This document shows, in pieces, positions 1 to 16,032 of a stretch of DNA of 64,000 nucleotides; the first letter of the stretch is position 1; each line of letters opens with the position of its first letter. Made by a program: the position numbers and the translations under genes. Source of the DNA: the human T2T-CHM13v2.0 reference genome, Homo sapiens; the NCBI RefSeq assembly GCF_009914755.1, contig NC_060933.1; one strand, 5' to 3'. The notes under the pieces are model-generated. The model saw only the letters and a list, made by a program, of their open reading frames with translations. It had not been told where the DNA came from and did not search any database.

Positions 1-1910
1 TGTTTCTGTCCTTTATTCTAAGATATAGTATATTATATTAATTGATTTTCAGCTGTTAAAACAACTTTCCATTTCTGGGATCATTTCCACTTTGTCTTGA
101 TGTATAGTCATTTTTATATGTGACTGGATTTGCTTTGGTAATACTCTGTTCAGGGTTTTCACATCTATCTACTTAAATGATATTGGTCTGTAGATTTAAA
201 ATATATATACTGGTATATCTATGTCTGGCTTTGGTATTAGGGAAATACTGACCTTACAGAATAAGTTGAAAAATGCTCCTTTCTCTTTTATTTTTTGGAA
301 GAGTTTTGAAGAATTAATACTTCTTATTTAAATAGTTGATATATTTTTAAATAGTTGATATATTCTGATAGTTGATAGCATCAATTGTTTGAAACCATCT
401 GGACCTGGGCTTTACTTTCTGTGGTATTTTAATATTATTAAGACATTCCTTTTATTGTTATAGGCCAATTTATATTTTCTCCTCCTTCTTGAAACAGAAG
501 TAGTAGTTTGTGTTAATTTTGTAGTTAGTGTCATCCTAGGAATTCGTCCATTTTATCTAAGTTACGTAATTTTTTTCAACATACAGTTGTTTATATTCTC
601 TTGCAATCCATGTTATTTCTGTAAGGTTGGTAGTAATATCACTCTTTCATATGTCATTCTAGTAATTTGAATCATCTCTTTTATTCTTGGTCAGTTGTAC
701 TAAAGGTTTGCCAATTTTGTTAACAATTTTAAAGGACTGACTTTTGGTTTGGTTAATTTTTTCTGTCACTTTTATATTATCCATTTGAGAAATTTCTCCT
801 GTTTTATTTATTATTTCCTGTTTCTCCTTACATTAGATTTAGTTTGCTCTTCTTTTTTCAGTGTCTTAAGGTGGCAGGTCAGGTTTTTTATTTGGGAACC
901 ATTTTTCTTTTTAAATATTGATGTTTACAGCTTTAAAATTCCCTCTAAACCCTGCTTTAGCTGTGTTACTATATGTTTTAGTAATGTTGTATTTTTGCTT
1001 TCATTTATCTCAAAACCTTTTCTAATTTCCCTTTTGATTTCGGAGTGTATAGTTTAATTTCCACATATTTGTGATATTCCACAATTTCTTTATGTTATTA
1101 ATTTCATCTCATTGTGTTTTAAAAAGTCCCTTCATATGATTTCAATCCTTTTAAATGTGTTGAGGCTTGATTTACAGGTAGCATGTTGTCTAACCTAGAA
1201 TATGTTCCATGAACACTTGAGAAGAATATACATTCTGCTATTGTTAAGTGGTGTGTTCTACAGATGTGTGTTAGAATGATTGCGTTTTTATTTTTTTCAA
1301 CTCTATTTTCTTGGTAATCTTCTGAGTAATTATTCTATCCTTTATTGAAAGTGAAGTATTGAATCCTCCAGGTTTTATTCCTGGTTTTTCTATTTCTCTT
1401 TTCAGTTCTGTCAGGTATTCTTTATGCAATTTGGGGCTATATTATTAACTGCATATAAGTTTGTAATTGTTATATCTTTTTGAGGGAATTAACTTTTTAT
1501 CATTATATAAGTTTCCCTATTTCTAGTAGCACCTTTTGTTTTAGAGTTTATTTTTTCTGGTATTAGTATAGTCCCTTTGGCTCTCTAGGGTTACTCTTTG
1601 CATGGTACATGTTTTCCCTTCTTTTATTTTCAACTAAATTACCCCTTTCAATCTAAATTGTATGTCCTTAGACAGCATATAGTTAAGATTTCTTTTGTTA
1701 TCCATTCTGACAATATTTGTCTTTTGATTGGATTGCTCAATCGATGAACATTTAATATTATTATTGATACAGTTAGATTTACATCTGCCATTTTCTTTTT
1801 CTTTTTCTATGTGTTTCATTTGTTTTCTTTTCACTTTCCTTCTGACTTATTATTTTGTGTTGGTGGATATTTTGGAGTGTAACATTTTAATTTCTTTCTT
1901 GATTTCACTA
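1..1910 (-). mobile_element. Old L1M, ORF2 5' region (degraded)
   Basis: T-rich antisense L1 ORF2/endonuclease-like motifs (e.g. gaacacttgagaagaatatacattctgc). Confidence 0.7.
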
Positions 1911-1914
1911 TACT

Positions 1915-4280
1915 TTGGGGTAAAATATATATAATATATAATTTGCCACTTAACCATTTAAAATATGAAATTCAGTAGCATTAATTAAATTCACAATGTT
2001 GTGCAATTATCACCTCTTTTGATATCCAAAATTTTTCATCTTCCCAAAATTAAACTCTATTCATTAAGCAATAACTCTCCATTGCCCCCTCATCTCAGCT
2101 GCTGGTATCCTTGAATCTACTTTGTCTCTACAAATTTGTCTATTGATATCTAGTAAACATGAAGTTATATAATATCTGCCCTCTTGGGTCTGGCTTATTT
2201 CACTTAGCATAATGTCTTCTATGTTAATTAATGTTGTATCATGTATCAGAACCTCATTCCTTTTAATGGCTGAACAATATACCATTATATGTATACACTA
2301 CATTTTTTAATCAATTCATGTGTTGACGGACACTTGTATTATTTCCACTATTGTGATTAGTGCTACTATGAACATTTGTATACAAGTATCTGCTTGAGTT
2401 CTTGTTTTCAATTGTTTTGGTTATATATGTAGAAGTGGAATTGCTGGGTTCGAAGGTAATTCTATGTTTAACTATTTTGAGTTAACTCTAAATCAATTTC
2501 TACAGTGGCTGTGGCATTTACTTTCCCACCAGTAACAAAAGAGAGTTCCAATTTCTCTAGGTTCTTGCCAAAACTTGTTATTTTCTGTTTTTATTTATTT
2601 ATTTATTTATTTTTATAGTCAATCTAGTAGGTTTGAAGAGGCAGCTCATTATACTTTTCGTTTGCATTTCTTTAATAACTAATGATGTCGAGTATCATCT
2701 TTCCATGTGATTATTGACTCTTTGTATATCTTTTTGGAGAAATGTCTCATCAAGTCCTTTGTCCAATTAGACTTTTTGTTGTTAAGTTGTGGAAATTATT
2801 AACATATTCTAGATAGTGAACCTCCATCAGATACATAATTTGCAAATATTTTATCACATTCTGTGGATTGTCTTTTTACTCTCTTGATAGTGTTCTTTGA
2901 TACACAGAAGTTGTTAATTTTTATAAAGTCCAAATAATCTATTTTTGTTGTTGTTGTTGCCCGTGCTTTTGGGGTGATTTTTAAAAAACCACTGCCAAAT
3001 CCAAGATCATGAAGATCTGCCTATATATCTTCTAAAAATTTTATAGTTTTAGCTTTTAGATTTAAAACTTTGATTCATTTTGAGTTAATTTTGGTAAGGG
3101 TCTAACTTCAATCTTTGCATGTGAACATCCACTTTTCCTACCTTTATGTTGAATAGACTGTTACTTCCCTACTGAATGATCTTGACAAAGACTATGTTAA
3201 ACATCAATTGACTGTATGTATGTAGGTTTATTTCTGGCCTCTCAGCTCTATTCCATTGATTTATAGGTTTATCCTCATTCAGTACCACATTGTTTTGAAT
3301 AATGTAGTTTATAGTAAGTTTTGAAGTCAAGAAGGGTGAATCCTCCAACTTTGTTCTTTTGTAAAATTGTTTTGCTTATTCTGGGCTTTTTCAAATTTTA
3401 TTTAAATATTGATAGGGGCTTTTTCATTTGTATAAAAAGTGCTTTGGGGATTCTGATAAGAATTAGATTGAATCTGCTGGGGTTGTATTGTCATTTTAAT
3501 AATCTCAAGTTTTCCAATTCATGAATATGGAATGTCTTTCCATCTATTTAGTTCTTTCTTTAATCTCTTTCAACAACGTTTTATAGTTTTCAATGTCTAA
3601 GTCTTTCACTTTCTCAGTTAAGTTTATTTCTAAGTTTTTTATTCTTTTTGATGATATTGCAAATGGAATTGTTTCCTTAATCTCACTTTCAGATTTTTCA
3701 TTGCTAGTGTAGAGAAATACAACCAAATTTTTGGTGTTAATTTTGTATCCTGCAACTTTGCTGAATTTATTTATTTTCTCTTAACAGCTTTTATTTTCTG
3801 AAGAGTTTTCTACATATAAGATAAGGTAATCTGAGAGAGAGATAGCCTTTCTATTGAAATTTGGATGCCTTTTATTTCTTCTTCTTGCTTAATGACTTTA
3901 GCTGGAACTTCCAGTACTATGATAAATAGAGGTGGTAAAACTGGGCATACTTGTTGTGTTTCTTATTTTACGGAAGAAGCTTTCACCATTGAGTATGATG
4001 TTAGTTGCAGGTTTTTCATATATGGCGTTTATCATATTGAGAAAGTTCCCTTCTATTCCTAGTTTATTGAGTGTTTTTGTTTTTCAATCATGAAAGGTTA
4101 CTGGAGTTTGTTAAATGTTTTTTTTTTTCAGCAACAATTAAGATAATCATGTTTTTTTTTCCCCTCTCATTCTATTAATCTTGTGTAATATGTTGACTGA
4201 TTTTCATTTGTTGAACCACTCCTGAAATCCTGGGATAAATCCTACTAGGTTTTGGTATATAGGCCTTTTAATATACTTCA
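1915..4280 (-). mobile_element. L1MB-like 3' portion nested in an older L1
   Basis: Antisense L1 3'UTR start (attcacaatgttgtgcaattatcacc) and ORF2 C-terminal peptide remnants (ORFs 2064..2285, 3544..3726). Confidence 0.75.
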
Positions 4281-4289
4281 TGACAATGT

Positions 4290-6545
4290 TTTATTTTCTT
4301 TAGTGATTGCTCTAAGCTTGCATTATATATATCTTATCAATAATCTGCTTCAGGTTTACACTAACTTAATACAAGTGAGATTTAGAAAAGTTATTTCTAC
4401 ATAGCTCTATTTCTTCTCTTTTGGAACTATTTTTATGCATACCAAACCCATTATTATTTTATATAATTTGTTCTCTTTTTAAAAAATCTGAGAAAAGAAA
4501 CAAGATCAAATAAATATTTATAGACTTTGTCTATAAACTCTCTTATTTACCATTTCTAGTTCTCTTTCTTTGTTCCTCTGACTCATGTTACCATTTGGTG
4601 TTATTCCTTATTTCAGTACAGCCTTGCTGCCATCTGTCTCCTCTGTGCTGTTTTTTTGTAATATATTTCTATAGGCCCAACAATGAAAATATATACATTA
4701 TATATTTGTATATTCTCTATTATAGTTTTATACATTGCTTTTTAAAATAGTTAAGCACTGAAAAGGGTAAGAAATATGACATTATACTTTCTTTTATAAT
4801 TACCTGCACACTTACATTTATTAGTGCTATTTGTTTTTTGTGTGTAGATTCAGATTATTGTCTGGGTTATATCCCTTCAACCTGAAGGAACGTTCTTTGT
4901 TATTTCCTCTAATGCAGGCTAATAGCAGTGAATTCTCTGCTTTTTGTAAGTAGGGATATATTTACTATCTTTTATAATTTTTAGTTTTTATGAATACCTA
5001 ATAGTTGTATGTATTTATGGGGTAGAGGTAATATTTTGATACAACCAAACAATGTGTAATGATCAAATCAGGGTAACTGAGATATCCATCACCTTAAACA
5101 TTTATCATTTCTTTTTGTTAGGAACATTCCAGTTCCACTCTTCTAGTTATTTTGAAATATACAATAAATTATTGTTAACTATAGTCATCCTGTGCTACTG
5201 AACATGAAAGATGGTTGTGCTGGGTGTAAGTTTCTTCATGACAATGGTTTTCTTTCATCTCTTTGAATATGTTATCTCACTGTCCTTTGGCCTCCATTCT
5301 TTCAGATTAGAAGTTAGCTGTTGATCCTGGCGTTTCCTTGTATATATGATTTTTCTCTTACTGCTTTTAAAATTTCCTTCTTGACTTTGGCTTTCAAAGT
5401 TTTTAATAAGATGTGTCTGGATATAAACTTCTTTGTGTCATCTGTATTTCACTGAGCTTCTGTATCTTAGATTAATGATTTTTATTAATTTGGGGATGTT
5501 TTCAACCATTATTTTTCAAATATTTTTTTCTGATCCTTTCTCTCTCTCCTGGTATTTTCAATTACGTATATGTTGGTGTGCTTAGTTATGTCTGATATTT
5601 CTCTGATGATCTGTTTATTTTTTTCATTATTATTTCTCTGTACTCTTCAGGATACATAATCTCTACTGATCTTGCTTCAAGTTTGCTGATTCTTTTTTCT
5701 TTTCTCTGTTAAACTTCCCTGGCTTAACTCATTACTCTCTTAGAGTTATCAACATTCTCTTAATTGCTTACTGCCAATATCTTCATACCACTAGCTTAAA
5801 CTGATCCATGCTCTGTTCCAAATAGAAATCAGTTCACTTGGGGAGGGCTACCAAGCTGTGTATTTTCATGGCCTCCCTCTACCTCTTGGTTAAATGTGCC
5901 TCACTGCTCTGAAGCTGTGGAGAGTGAGAGTGGCCTGCTCCTTTGTAGTAAAACCTCTGCTTACAAGTAGGGCACAGGGTGGGAAAGGTAACTTCTTGCC
6001 TTGCCTCTCCTGGTGGAGAAACTGTTCCTTACAAGTAAGCTGGAGTGAGGGCAATTGGGACACAGGATTTTTCCAGCTGCCACACCTGAAGACCTTATGT
6101 CCTGGAATGAGGAGTTGGTGTAGGAAGGAAACCCCAGACTTCTCAGCTGTTTCTGCGTGAACAGAGCTTCTGTCCTACAAAACTGGGGATGACAAGAAAT
6201 GCTGGCACCCAATCTTGGGGTAATGCAGTATCTCTGTAGTAGGACCTGGGTAGAGAGGAAACCTTTGGCTTCTTGGCTATATCCATATAGAGTGGAGCTT
6301 CCGTCATACTGAGCTAGGGATGGGGAGGTGCAGGGAGAGGGTCTTGGCTTAAATGCCTCAAACTCTCACTGTTATTACTGATTAATAAATGTTTCTTCAT
6401 TTGATGTATTTCCTTAGGACATTTTCTAAAGACTTTCAATAGTTGTTTTTTAAAATAATAATTTTTACTAGTTATGCCTGTTTCGTATGAGAGAGGGTTT
6501 ACAGAGCTCCTTATGTGGCCAGCCTGGAAATGCCAGAGTACCAGG
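4290..6545 (-). mobile_element. Old L1M ORF1/5' region, with an L1MA-type 3' fragment at about 4975-5205
   Basis: Antisense ORF1-like T-rich sequence; aatgatcaaatcagggtaa motif of L1MA 3' ends. Confidence 0.55.
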
Positions 6546-7497
6546 TTTTTTATTTGAATGTTACCTCCTCTTTAAAAATCGATTTACTTTGTAGGAAGCA
6601 TGAAACAGAGCTCCTGAAGTAACTAGAGAAAAGGTGATTTGAAGACCAACCCTCCTTCAAGGTCAGAATTTAGAAATGTTCTTTTATGCCAAAGATGTTT
6701 CTCAAATTTACTGTCTGGATAGAAAGGCTAATCCAAAGTGGTATCTACAGTATTCTGAGAGAGAAAAGTTGAAGGGCTTTCAGCTTCTCTTAAAACACTT
6801 TATGAAAGGTTGATATTTTAATTTTATATCAAGTTAATTCCAAAAATGTGTTTAGTACACACATACACATACACACACCCCCCAAATATATCTGTAAATA
6901 AAAAGAAAATGTTGGGTGATGATCACTGTCTTGGAATACTACTCCACTCTTTCCATTTCCATAAAATATAAAGAATTTACTGAAAATCCAGATCATTCTT
7001 ATTAGATTAGGTAATCTAACTATAACATATGCCCCAGCCACTGGAGGACCATTTTCCATTTACTTACCATATAACGTCTATCCTTAAGAAAATTTTGGGT
7101 TATAAAATAACATTCAAATTGCACTTAGCAAATGTGGATTGGGAATGATTTAGAAATCAGCACTTGTGCTCATGAAGGAGTGGTTACTCCTGATGTTGGC
7201 TTGAGATATAAAAAGAGCTCTGTATTTGCACCAGAGCTATGAGATTTGTGAGCACAGAGATCTTCAGGACTAATAAAAGACATATGCAAGAACTTCTGAA
7301 AATTTAAATGACTTCTAGATAATGAATCCTCAAAATTCTTTTGAAAGTCACACAATTTATAGTGATTAAAGCCTGTTTTGCTGCTAAAAATAGTAAGTGT
7401 AACAGCCCAGAGACACTTAAACACACAATTACATTTTAGCTCTGATGATTCAATATTGTAAGAGGTTTCATAAAAGTATTATAAATATATTAAATAA

Positions 7498-7820
<323 letters not shown>

Positions 7821-8049
7821 CTTTTCTTTTGAAAACATGATTGTACCTGAGCAGAAGCTGTGTGATACCCCACTGCACTCCTCTAAGAAGAGTCAAACAT
7901 CATAGAGCAAAGTGTTTGAGTGATCCTGTTAATGACTGTCAATATTTAAATATTCTTTTCCCCTTCTAGTTAGTATGCTTGTTTTATAAGAAAAGACATT
8001 TCTATAAAGGCCTTTTGAATCACTTAAAGTCACTGTCACAAGGGACAAT

Positions 8050-8150
8050 GGGTAAGACGATTGCTCAAGCCTAGGAGTTCAAGTCCGGCCTGGGCAACAG
8101 AGAGGCTTGAATAGCAATACGTTGTCTCTAAAAATTAAAAACAAAAATAA
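8050..8150 (+). mobile_element. Alu monomer (FLAM/FRAM-like) fragment
   Basis: gcctaggagttcaagtccggcctgggcaaca plus A-rich end. Confidence 0.6.
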
Positions 8151-8438
8151 GAATGATGCTTTACTGATGTTAAAATTAGAACAGTACAAGGACAGAGTTT
8201 TGAAAACCAAATTATTTCGAGAGGATTAGCATTGAACAGATGCTGGGGTAACCCAGAGATCTTCTAAATAAGAAACCCAGAGAGGACTGATAGCCTTAAG
8301 TTTTCAAAAACAGTCATATCCCTTCTAAATTCAATAGAGGAATTTGGTACAGAAATTATTCCATTTCAAATAATTCAATCTTATCCTCTCTTTATAATAT
8401 CAAATGCCAGAAGCATTCTTCATACTATTTAAGTTTCA

Positions 8439-8759
<321 letters not shown>

Positions 8760-9419
8760 TTATTCAGGATTTTATGTCCATGTCAAACTCAGGCCTTATG
8801 GAGAGTGGCAATAATCACAATGTGTCAAAAAATTTTGTGAACATATACAATTTTGAAAATATAACTGTTATGAGATATGCAGCTTTAAATGACATTGAAT
8901 AAAACATTTATTTACATAACTTTCAAACATGGTGAGTCTGGCAAATAGTCCTTCTAAAAACATTTCCTTAACTTCAGGTAAGAAAGAATTTCACTTTAGT
9001 TCCTTTACAAAGAACAAAATACATAATATAAACCACATCAAACACTATTTTACTTTGTTTAGGAATAAGAATGTGCATTCATCAAACATTATTTTAATTT
9101 CTTTATGAATAAGAATGTGCATTATAATGGTTAGGTATGAACTTCCAAATTTTTCACAATAATAAAAATATATATGGATAAATTTCTTACTTGGATGGAC
9201 TCTAAAAATAAAGTGTGAAAGGAAATGGATAAGCAAAGGAGGGGAAATTGGAAGGGGTGACACCATACCCCAGGATCTCCTCCTCTCAGAGGGTACAGTG
9301 CTAAACAGTAATTGAATACTGCATGCATGCACATTTTGTCATGTCAAACTTGAATGCTGAAGAAACCATTTAGAGAGGTTTACAACACCTGTGTAGTGAC
9401 AAACACCATTATGAAGGCG

Positions 9420-9590
9420 ACAATTCTCAATGTTAGGAGCATGGAAATTACCTAGAGTTTCTGGAAAATGCAGTTTTTAGCCTCCTCCCAGAGATTCCAA
9501 TTCGGTGGGCCTAAGGTGGGGGCCCCAAATCTGAACTATCAATCAGCTTTGTGGGTGATTCTGAAGCCAGTGCTTCATCCACCGCAATGA
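9420..9590. mobile_element. MER5-type hAT DNA transposon remnant
   Basis: cccagagattccaattcggtgggcctaaggtgggggccc...gtgattctga. Confidence 0.55.
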
Positions 9591-10591
9591 ATGCTGATTC
9601 TAGGTGAATTTTATGCTAATTGTGTTTCTAGGCATTCCCTTAAATAATCTCCAAGATTACAAGTGAGAAAATCAAGTTCTTGGTTTGACCCCTCCGTGTA
9701 GTCCTCCTTTCCAGTAGTTTGATGGTTTCATGTCCTTTGAAAAAGCCTCACTGCACCTTAATAGAAGAGCTAACCACGCCTGAAGCTAGGTTTTAGGAAG
9801 TCATGGTATAACACCCCATCCACATCCACATACATACGTGGGTTCACGTGTAGCATTTAGTACCTGGAAGTTGTATCTACCCTCCCCTGTAAATTAGGTT
9901 GGGTGATAATTTGTGATTTAGTCCAGTTTTAATTAGATTGCATCCTTATTCGCTTTAAAACACTTAAGAATGAACAAGTGAGAGCTTTAATCTGTGTAGC
10001 TCCTACGTTAGAATAGTTTCAAAAGCAATATAGCAAAATATATTTTTCCCAAGGGGAAAAATAAACAACAGTGATAAAACAGTAAGTAAGCAAACTAAAG
10101 GAAAGACTTCCAGAGCTATCACCTTTAAATAAATGGAGTGCAAGAACAGATGAGCCAGACCGGGTTATAAACAAGGAGCCTGTGATGAGAGAGCCCCAGA
10201 AGTGAGAACAGCAGCGAGGAAAACCGGGAGTGGGCTCCTGGAAGCCTGGCCGCGGGGGAGGTGCGCAGTGCTGCTTCCAATCAGCGGGTATCCTGCGATC
10301 TGGTTTTGAGTGGACCCTGGAGGACTTCTGTCCCAATTACAAGCTCTCTAACTCCACCGAGAAGTGAAACTGAAGGAATGGATAAAAATGTCTAATGATC
10401 TCACTAATAGTGTTGATAAAATATAGCTGTCACATATGCCAATCCTCTGCAATGTGAATGGTTCAAGTTTGGGGGTCGGCTATCCTGGGATCTCTCTCAT
10501 TAGCTGGTTACTCCACTTCTCTGAGGCTTGGCTATCTCATCTGTAAACAGATGACAATACCTAAACATTGATACCTAAACACTGAGATACT

Positions 10592-10912
10592 GCAGGGCCC
10601 GGTGGCTCGCGCCTGTAATCCCAGCACTTTGAGAGGCTGAGGTGGGTGGATCATCAGGTCAAGAGATCACGACCATCCTGGCCAACATGGTAAAACCGTG
10701 TCTCTATTAAAAATACAAAAATTAGCCAGGCGTGGTGGCACCTGCGCCTGTAATCCCAGCTACTCAGGAGGCTGAGGCAGGAGAATCGCTTGAACCCGGC
10801 AGGTGGAGGTTTCAGTGGGCTGAGATTGCACCACTGCACTCCAGCCTGGGCGACACAGTGAGACTCTGTCTGAAAACAAAAATAAAAACAAAAACAAACA
10901 AACAAAAGAAAT
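10592..10912 (+). mobile_element. AluS
   Basis: Dimeric Alu with A-rich tail. Confidence 0.92.
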
Positions 10913-11006
10913 GTCACATAAGAAGCACACAGCAAGCTCCTGGAACCTACCAGGTTATCAGCAAATAGTACCAATAAGCAGTAGTTGTTGGCAACTGTTG
11001 CTCTCA

Positions 11007-11387
<381 letters not shown>

Positions 11388-11886
11388 TCAGGATGGAAGG
11401 AGATAATGACGGCGATGCAGAAAAACAAGACTGTGAGTTGGGGTGGGGGCAGAATAAATCTGTATCCTGGAGGAAAACAGAATGGATTTTAACATATTTA
11501 TCCTCAGAGTTCACAATTCAACCTTGTTAAGTCCTAAATAGTAGAGATATGTACCCATAGCTGGACTACCCATAGCTATGTACCCATAGCTAGAATACCA
11601 AATAGTATTTGTTTTTGAGGTTTCAGTAATTTTATTTACAAACGGCTCAAAGTCTCATCTAATTCTATAAACACTGAATGTAAATTTTGACAGTCATAAA
11701 TTAAGCTTTGGGTACATAAAAAACAATATGTCTGGTCAAATATTTTTGGAATTCAGTAAACAATGTGATGAGTTTGGTTTAAAGCTCTGGCTCTGCTGTT
11801 CAGTACTCTAGGGAAGGCATGACATTTTAATGGATTATTACGTGCTTCATGCTTCATTGTTTTATTTTCTCTTAAAAATGATTACT

Positions 11887-12189
<303 letters not shown>

Positions 12190-12219
12190 TACCTAAAATC
12201 ATAGAAGTTTAGTGTTTTA

Positions 12220-12504
<285 letters not shown>

Positions 12505-12729
12505 TTACAATAGAGAAAACGACAAAAGGAAAAAAAGTCATGAAACAAAAATAACAGCTACATTTGATACTTACAGGATTATGACTGCTAAATACATTAA
12601 TAGAATGTATATGAGCTTTCACTGGGGGTTCTGAGCATCCATGTCATATACTGATGACATCAAGAGCTAAATGGTGATTACGCTGAGGATTGGAATTCTG
12701 TGTTCAGAGAAGGCCAAACAAAAGCGAAG

Positions 12730-13030
12730 CAAAAGCAATGAGACCAGTCAGGGGATCGCGCAGCAACACAGTAGGGACAGGGTCAAGTTCAGAATCACCT
12801 CAAAGGTACGACCAACAGAACTTACTGAAGAACTCGGTAAGATGTGAGAAGAAGGGTGGAGTCTGAGGTGACTTTGGGGTTTTTGGTCTAACTGGGAAGG
12901 GAAATAATTCTAAAGAAGCAGGTTCGAGCAGCAGCTCAGTTTGGGACATGTTTCATTTGAGATATCTATTAGGCATCCAAGTGGAGATTTGAAGGAGGTA
13001 GTTGGAAAAATGACTCCAGAAGCCAGAACA
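12730..13030 (-). mobile_element. L2 fragment
   Basis: ttgggacatgtttcatttgagatatctattaggcatccaagtggagat is a typical L2 motif. Confidence 0.6.
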
Positions 13031-13049
13031 CAGACTCTTGCTTTCCTTC

Positions 13050-13052
<3 letters not shown>

Positions 13053-13094
<42 letters not shown>
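13053..13094. repeat. (CA)21 microsatellite
   Basis: Counted directly. Confidence 0.95.
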
Positions 13095-13096
<2 letters not shown>

Positions 13097-13714
13097 CTTA
13101 ATTCCTTTCATGGCAAGAACAATCAAGAACAAGAAGAAGCTTATTTGTTCCCTTCTGTCCAAAACCCATCACAGGACTGCACATCACATGTATTACTCAG
13201 GCCTCTTTAGTGTCCTTTATTCTGGTACAGTGTGTGAGTCTTTTCTTATCTTTTGTGTACTTTTGACTTTTTGGTATTTTTCAGTTGACTTTCAGAATGT
13301 TCCTCAACTTGGATTTGTCTGACATACTCATGATTGGATTCATGTTGTGCATTTTTGTCAAAAATACCACAGAAGGGCTGCTGTGTTCTCCTCAGTGTGT
13401 CGCAGCAGCAGGCAGCAATGCTGATAAGCCCATCACTGGTCCTGTTAGTTTCAACTGCCTTGTAAAGTGGCATTTGTCCAGTTTCTCCAACATGAAGTTA
13501 TTATTTTTCTCTTTTTTCATGTATTTTTGACACTTTAAGGTTACAGAAACACAACTTTACCCAGTTTAAAATTTTTTCATCCAATGGTTTTACAATATAT
13601 TGATGGCTCCTGATTGAATTTTTATTCTGATGGCTGCCAATAGTGATTTTCTAAGCTCTGTCATTCCTTCCACATTAATTGGTTGACATGCCTCCGTTAG
13701 AAATAGCTTTTCTC

Positions 13715-14051
<337 letters not shown>

Positions 14052-14860
14052 TTATTTGTGTATTTATCCATTTGTTTATTCACGTCACTCTTGAATTTGT
14101 ATTCTATTCAATGGTTTATACTCTATAACTTATTTTGATGCTTAAGTTGTCTCAAATGTGGCAGCTCCTTTAAGCTGACACCCATGCCTTTTTCAGCTTT
14201 TTTTTTCCCCTTTGTCATAACAAAATGATCCAGGCTCATCTTAAATTTTCTCTGCCACATTTCTGGAATCAGCCATTTCTTCAAGGAGTCGTGGTTTCTT
14301 TTTTAGCAGAGAATGACAGAAAATGGTGTTTAGAAGCCCAGATCTGCAGGCTATTTACTAGGGTGTCATTGCTTCTAGCACTCTCAGTAGTCAGCTAGGA
14401 AATATGTGTATTTGTATCTCTCTCTCTCTCTCTCACACACACATACACACACGCAGTCTCTCTCTTCTATGTGTATTCTACAGTTATCTATTATGTATAT
14501 TAAAATCCATGAGTTCATGTGGATACCTCCGTTTTTAACCCAGCACCACAGGGTTCATTACAGTCTTCCTCCTTCCCACATGTATAACTCTTTCCTCAGT
14601 GAGGTCACTCCTATGCTCCTCACTTTTTTTACATATTTGCTCATTCCCCAGTGTGGAACCAAGCTTCTAACCCAGTGGTCATTCCTTGACCCTATCCCTG
14701 CAGATCTCCTAGTCCCAGCTGCCCCAAAAGAAGGGAAAAGAATCAATAAGTGTTATGTTAAAGAAAACAGAGATGAAGATAAGGAAAGGAAAAGAGAAAC
14801 GAAGAGGAAGCTACAAGTTTTACAGAAGAGAATATTTTATTTTTCTTTCTTTCTTCATTA

Positions 14861-15123
<263 letters not shown>

Positions 15124-15787
15124 AGAGAAGGGAATATTTCAAATATCACACTTTCTCTTCTCCATACTTTCAGAAGTCTTGCTGAAAGTAGGATATAAAC
15201 TGAAGGTGAATGACATATCCTGAAGAGTCTCACAAATACAGCCACATTTGGAGAGAAATGAAGGGCTGAGGTAAATTTCCAGAGAGAAAATAATCTAGAA
15301 AATGTTTTTGAGAAGTACAGAGTACCTAGAAACCAGTGTTTGATGTCAGAGTATCAATAGGCAGGGGAAAAAGCTACAAATTTCCAGGGGTTATTACTGA
15401 ACTGTGGGAGGCATCTGAAGCCTGCAGATATACCCTCCATGCTTCAGTGTGATGCCTGGCACAGGACATTTAATAATTCTTGAAGATAAAACAGCACAGA
15501 GAATGGCCAGTAAATCAGATACAATTCAACAGATCCCTCCCTTGAGCTCTTAGATTATGGGAAAAAATATTGATAGGATGACCAACTCTAGTCCTGCTAT
15601 TGCAGTTCAGAAGGGACAAGAAGTATGTGTCTGATTGTGAAGAGATGAATGTCGAGAAGAATTCAACTCCATTCCATATAAATGAATTAAATGTCTGGAC
15701 AGACCTGCCAGACAGACCTGTAGTGTAGACTTACACTACAAGTATAAACAATGTTTCAAAAAGCACAGAAACAGTGCAAACATACTG

Positions 15788-16032
15788 AGAAAGAAAAAAA
15801 GAAGACAGGAAAGAAAGAAAGAAAAAGAAAGAAAAGAAAGAGAGAGAAAGAAAGAAGAGAGGGAGGGAGGGAGTGGGGAAGGAAGGAAGGAAGGAAGGAG
15901 TATAAAAGCCAGACTGAATGGGAGGGAGGAAGGGAAGGAGAGAAAGAGGGAGGGAGGGAGGGAGGAAGGAAGGAAGGAGCCATCTGAATGGGATGGAGGA
16001 AGGAAATTAAGAGAGAACACAAGGAAAGAAAA
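15788..16032. repeat. Purine-rich low-complexity tract (GAAA/GGAA/GGGA)n
   Basis: Seen directly. Confidence 0.9.

Noticed and set aside
327-378. Tandem 19-bp duplication tttaaatagttgatatatt
   Set aside because: Ordinary slippage inside a degraded L1
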